This document shows positions 58,801 to 64,000 of a DNA stretch of 64,000 nucleotides, in pieces (within the stretch, counting starts at the first letter, position 1; every line of letters begins with the position of its first letter). Made by a program: the position numbers and the translations under genes. The notes under the pieces were generated by a model, which ran no database searches, was not told the origin of the DNA, and worked only from the letters and a program-made list of their open reading frames with translations. The DNA lies in assembly GCA_977018835.1 (NCBI GenBank), contig OZ361257.1, positions 4,278,001-4,342,000 of the forward strand. Reading direction: 5' to 3'. The DNA is from Minutocellus sp. GHC0000111. Its lineage: Eukaryota.

Positions 58801-60980
58801 CACCATCGCAACATATTGCGCCTCCAGAAGCAAGTGTGCAAAGGATCGAAGCCGAAATGCTACCGATGTGGAATGCAGGCATGATGGAATACACCACGTC
58901 CGTATTTTTCAGACCCATACTGCAAACAGGGAGTTTGAACAGAAGAGATATAAATTAAGAGAAGACGATACGCCGAGGAATCAAAGAGAATGGCGAGATA
59001 AATTGATAAACTGTAGATGTGCCAATTGACGAGGGAACTTACCTGGCAGCAATGATAGATCCGTTGACAACGAGTGCATCTCGACGCAAGGGAACAGCTT
59101 TAGGCCTCGCGGTTGTGCCGGACGTACGCAGAAGCAAGCATATTCCGCTCGATGGATTTTTCAGAGGTGGTTTTTTGAGACTGTCCTCTCCTCCATTTGT
59201 TGCTTCAGACCTAAAGGAAAATATTCCGGGGCTTGCGTCTACATGAAGCTTTGCTTTTCCTGTCTGGGAGTATTCTTCAAAAGCTTCCTTAATTCCAGGA
59301 CAGTCCACACCCTCAAACAGGACCATGTGCTGAGCGTTGTACTGGTCAAGGGCATCCAAAGCCTCGCTTTTGGTCGTACTTGGAGCCAATGGGGCTGCGG
59401 TAGTCTGCGATGCAATGGACAAAAAGGCTGCAATAGGAACCGCGCCACCACCAGGAGGAGCCCCATAGGCAACTACCTCGCCAGGTTGGACCCCAATTTT
59501 CCTGAGGTCTCCCTTTCCGCCCTTGATGAAGTCAACGACATCACCATAGGTTGTGTGCGCAGATTCATCAGCGATGCGGCTGATATGTAGGAAGGGCCTG
59601 TCCCGTGGTTGCTCTTTGAGCAAGGAAAGAATGGTAGCGCCCTCGGGAGACCTCCAAGGTAGACGTGACTCGACGAGCTTGACTAATCCTACCTGAGAGT
59701 CAGGGAGGACCGCCAATTGCGAAACCGCAGATACCGGTCTGAAGTTAATGTCGGCTATCTTTGGTGACGGATTGCCGAGGAATCTCATAAAGGCACTCAA
59801 TGATTCGATAAGGCCCTGGTCTGCCTTTACCTCGTGGCCAACCCCATGACCTCCAGCCATGTATTTGACATGACGCTGCGAGAAGAGGTGGGTAAACTCC
59901 TCCGACTGGTCCTTCATCGGATCGTCAACGCCAACGAGATGGAACGAAGACACGTGGATCGAACCAGGCGGCAAATGCACCTGCCGCAGCTTGGAAGTCT
60001 CACGAAGGTTCGAGACGCTTTTCATCGGCGATGCTGAGCAGGCTAGTACGACGAACTTGAAAGGAGATTCCACTGTTGACAATCAGGGGAGGCGCGGGGA
60101 AAGAAATGGGTACGTTTATCAGTTCATTTAGTCGATATTCATTATCACACCACCACGCAGCTGTCCACATAATACATTCATCGTCATGCTATAAATCCAA
60201 AGCATAGCAAAACTTACCAAGATCGCCACCTTCTAGACTTCCCGCCTCTTCGTTGAGCAGGGCAAGACTCCTCACGCTATTTCTCCTACCGACCACGCTG
60301 TTTCTCCTACCGACCACGCTAATTCTCCTATCGACCACACTAATTCTCCTACCGACATCATTCTCCAGTCGATGGGCAAGCGACGTTCGGTACAAGCGAC
60401 TGGCGATACCACCGCCCTTGGACGCATCGAGGTCGCGCACGGCCTCCATCAGAGACGGATCCTTGGCAATGCCCGACACCAGAGCCGCGACCGCAGCGCC
60501 GCTGGAGAAGGCGTAGCAGCCGTCAAACGGCCCGCAGTACGTGACCACCCGCAGCACATCGCGGACGGCCTCGACGACGCTCCGTCCCATGGCTCCCGCG
60601 CCGTCTCCCTCGGCGAACCAGGAGTAGTACGGCCCGCGAACGAGGCTGACGATGTCCTCGTGGCCCTCCTCGACCTCGATGCCACCCCGGAGGTAGACGA
60701 CGTCGTACTCCTCCTCCGTGATGCCCAGATGCTTCAGCTGCAGCCTCGTTACCTCGTCGTTCGACTGGGCCCCGTGCATCGCAAGGATGCGTGGGCGATG
60801 CTGCTGTTCCTGGGGTGGATGGAGAATGGCCTGACGATCGTCATTGCGAGTACATGTACGTGTGTTGCTGCCTGGCCGGCAGTCCTCCTTTTCGTTCCGC
60901 CCCAGCAGCCCGTCGACGCATGCATCGGCAGCCTTCTCCTTCATAACGTCTTCTTCCGTCGTTGTTTCGTATGAGCACAT
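55844..60980 (-). CDS. Multidomain NRPS-like enzyme: FSH1 serine hydrolase - AMP-binding ligase - acyltransferase_3 - carrier protein (introns 60073..60217, 58920..59042, 57223..57360, 56538..56704; TAG at 58136..58138; frameshift ~57533; possibly a pseudogene)
   Basis: ILAMHGAQSN/GPFDG..AFSSG/DD/GGH; RTSGTTARPK, YSMSE, TGDVG.LD, GRAKELIKKGGE*ISPFEIE, LPRTKTKK; LRFLLACYVMFMH, HVFFTLGGY, WFSSMY, YNCFLFHQ; LEDCGLASI...QTIADIA. All four GT-AG introns keep the reading frame. Confidence 0.82.
60273..60356 (-). repeat. 21-bp coding tandem repeat x4 encoding V(G/D)RR(I/N)SV
   Basis: Unit approximately CACGCTATTTCTCCTACCGAC on the + strand. Confidence 0.9.
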
Positions 60981-61318
60981 TACAAACGTACATGTGTTAT
61001 TTGTTTTGTGCTCTTGCGTGGCAGCACGTCGGCGAAGTGAAAGTGTACTAGTAAGAAGCTTGTGTGGGCAGGAAATTACGTGGCGAGGGGCTGTTGAGAA
61101 AAGTCATTGGGCTATTGATAGGGGCTTATGTGCATAAATCTTTACGGTCATGGCTGTGTTTGCTCACTTCGTTCCCCGCATCACATCGCGCAAAAAAGCA
61201 AACAGCTGCCACGGAAGTGCTAACAACCAAGATCAAAAAAACATGCTATCGGACTGAAAAGCAAACACATTTTATCGTAAGATCTTTTGTTCATACTAAG
61301 CCACAACTCACTGTGCAT

Positions 61319-62252
61319 AGCTTCGTTCGGGAGAAAAAATGGGATGGCTCATGTTTGCTCGCGGTGTGAGAGGCGGCGAGATGGGGGTTGCACTGATGTC
61401 AGCATCGGCTCATCGCGGCCCACTCTGCCTCTCCGCATCCGGCAGAACCGGATCTGCGCCTCCTTTTACCTTGTCAACCTTACATCTTGCGCTGTTCGTC
61501 AAGCTCAGGGTCAGTCACTCGAATGAAAAGAGGGGTGAGGCCGTCGCAGGAAAAAAACACCCGAAAGGGCGAGTTGGAGGAGAGAAACCCCCTGAGTTGG
61601 TCCAGCTTCAGGTGAGCCGCTCGACCCAAAATCTGGACATTCGCCTTTCCGTCGACCGTGTTTTCAACGCGGCGAAGCATGGGAAAACGCGAAATTCGCC
61701 GTCCGGCCGACGTTTGCCCCCAAGAATCTCTGGAATGAATGGGAGAATCGAGAATTCTGAGCAAATGCCACACATCTAGACACCCTGTAGAAATGTGGCA
61801 TCGAAGGCGCAGCTCAAAAATTCCAAGCACAACATGTGTTTGGTGGGGGCAAAGTTTCGCGAGAAAAACGACGACGCCGGACGAAATTTTTTCTCTCATT
61901 GGCGGCCGATTCCGGGGCGGATGCGAATCAAAAACACAACAATCAACCAAACAAACATTTTCATGCACATCTCAGGCGTGTGTCTCTGCAATTCTGGGTC
62001 GATTGGGCGACTGTGGCTCTCTTGGTGTCACTTCTTATCTGCGGCCCTTTTTCGCGCGCACTCAAACACAGAGGTTGATTGTTTTGAATTATATTTTCTC
62101 ATACAACAACAGTCCAATGAAGCTGAAACTTTCGCATGAGTAGCGCAGTGGTGTCGGCCAGCCTCGAGAATGCCCATGTCTTACCTTGCAAATGTGTAGC
62201 GCGGTCAGGAGCGGGGGTCACCATGGTGAGCTTCGTTCGGGAGAAAAAATGG
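61319..62252. repeat. Perfect 24-bp direct repeat pair AGCTTCGTTCGGGAGAAAAAATGG (61319..61342 and 62229..62252)
   Basis: Direct reading; copies are 910 bp apart in non-coding DNA. Confidence 0.8.
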
Positions 62253-64000
62253 ATGAACGACGGTCTTTCCGTCGTCCGTCTAGGGCCCGACAACGCGAGC
62301 GAAGTTAGCAAAATCTCCAATGTCCTGAAGTGCCTCACCTAAAATGGGGGACCAACTCACCGCTGGTGCCGTGTGTGTCGGTTGTCAGCGCGCCCGTCCC
62401 CACCAACTGGACCGGCTGCCGTGCCACTTACGCCGTGGAAGCGAAAAACTGGAGTGCCCGATCAGCCGACCACGAGCGTGCTGCAAGAACCGGCAAACAC
62501 GACTCTTAATCTGATGTGACCGACACACACGGCACCAGCGGTAGATGGCTCTCCGCTTGCTTCCTCCGCCAGTGCTGTTGTTGGCAGCCGCCTGGACAGG
62601 ACGAGATTTAGACGACGGGCGTTTTGCGGAAGCGGCAGCAGGGGCAGCAGCAGCAGGGTCAACGCCGGCGGATCAGTTTGTGGCGTCGTGTTTGCCAGCT
62701 GCTGCTCCAGAGCCGCAACAGCAGCAGCTTCGGCACTCGCAGGTGCCCAATCCGCTGATCGTGGAAAGAGGCACGCATGCCGTGGAAGAGAAAAGAAGGT
62801 TGAGCACCACGATTGGACGAGGGGAACCATTCATGCACATGCAAATGCCTACAAGTGCCACCTCACCCATTGCATTGCTGCCCTTTCTCTGAGCTCGATT
62901 GAATTCTGCCATGACTCCGGAGGCGAAACACTTGAGTTTGCCCATGGTGGTGGTGCTCTTGCTGTGATGCTCAGGATCGTGTGGAAATTGAACCGGGGGT
63001 GACGGGCTTCCCAGTCTTCAAGGTTCCACATGCCGGGTGAGGGATTGATGCCGCCCACTTGACCTGTGCAGCCAAGGCAGAAGACATGTTCCGGATTTTG
63101 TCGGCAAGAGGTCCATCAAGCGGTGCGGGCACGCCTTTCAGCTTGGTTCGTGTCTTTTTGGTGTGGGACTGGGTGTGCTCGTCGAAGGAGAAGGAGCATC
63201 GCCACTGTCGCCCTTGCGTGTTTTCCGCTCTGCCTCGAGTCAGTCGTCGTTGCGCCGATGGACGCAAAGGCCAGTCCGGCAACGACGGAGACGAGGGCAG
63301 CGGCAGTGCCAAGAGTCGTCACGATGAGGAAGAGTTGACGTCGTCGTCAAAGGTGAGAAAATGAGTTGAGGAGAGCGGAAAGGAGAGCGCACCCAACGCA
63401 TTTAGCGTGTTGCGGACCCACCAAAAAGCAAAAATTTGGATCAAGATGGAGAGCTGCCATCGGTCCTTCTCTAGCCGTTGCATCATTCAAAGATTTTTGA
63501 GAGAAGCACTTTGAGAAAATGAGGCCCGGCTGGTTTCGGTTTGCGGGACGGCTTTTTGCTCGCCAAGACACATCAAGGTAAAAGAATTTGTGCTGACGGT
63601 AGTTTCTATGTTACCGCAAGGTAGTTTTTCCAATAAATATTACCGTGTCTCAGGCCCGTTTCATCTTGAAGTTTACCTCAAGGTAATTTTTTCAACTGAT
63701 ATTTTTACCTCGGTAAAATGGAAACGTTTCGGCGACGTGATGCCGCATTATTTCTGCTTTACCCCTGTCTCCGGCGGCAACAGCAGGCGGAAGGCGGAAG
63801 AATACGAAGCATGATCAGCCATGTCGCCATGTCGCCTACACGTACTGACTGTACATAACATGTACGCCGTCCACGTAGTGTGTAGCGTGCAGCGCCAAAT
63901 AATACTGGAAATCATCATACCACACCACACCACGCCATACCATACCATAACCGATGCAGGTCTGCTCCAACGGATGTCACCTGTCCAACGGCAAGCCCCG

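Noticed and set aside
61854..61866. GTTTCGCGAGAAA match to the mariner TIR core
   Set aside because: 13 bp only, with no TA terminus or partner.
62462..63364. GC-rich short ORFs near the right end
   Set aside because: No consistent frame or domain; possibly a degraded TE or gene.
1..64000. CRISPR arrays, rRNA and tRNA genes, prokaryotic operons
   Set aside because: None recognised by eye and the DNA is eukaryotic. tRNAscan-SE/Infernal would be needed to exclude small RNAs.

Overview
Gene-dense eukaryotic nuclear DNA, almost certainly from a diatom. Evidence: short GT-AG introns, a signal peptide + 'A-F' plastid-targeting motif, silicanin-like and RXL/KxxK secreted proteins, a secreted double-SET (BacSET-like) protein and several diatom-typical orphan families. 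About 25 genes or pseudogenes are supported. They include a Nup153/Nup1-like nucleoporin, IFRD, mitochondrial processing peptidase beta, a CRAL-TRIO protein, a head-to-head silicanin-like pair and a five-copy Ser-rich RRxS family. Mobile elements are two inverted ~2.3 kb DD38D mariner copies flanking 19 kb and a 537 bp MITE. The most unusual items are: (i) a single-chain FSH1 hydrolase-adenylation-acyltransferase_3-carrier protein enzyme, (ii) a highly divergent Hop1/HORMAD-like HORMA protein with SQ clusters, and (iii) a secreted silaffin-tagged tandem-Ig protein fused to a 2OG-Fe(II) dioxygenase. Many genes carry 1-nt frameshifts or in-frame stops, even normally essential ones, so the sequence is either error-prone or a decaying haplotype. 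All domain calls come from motif recognition by eye; no database searches were run.
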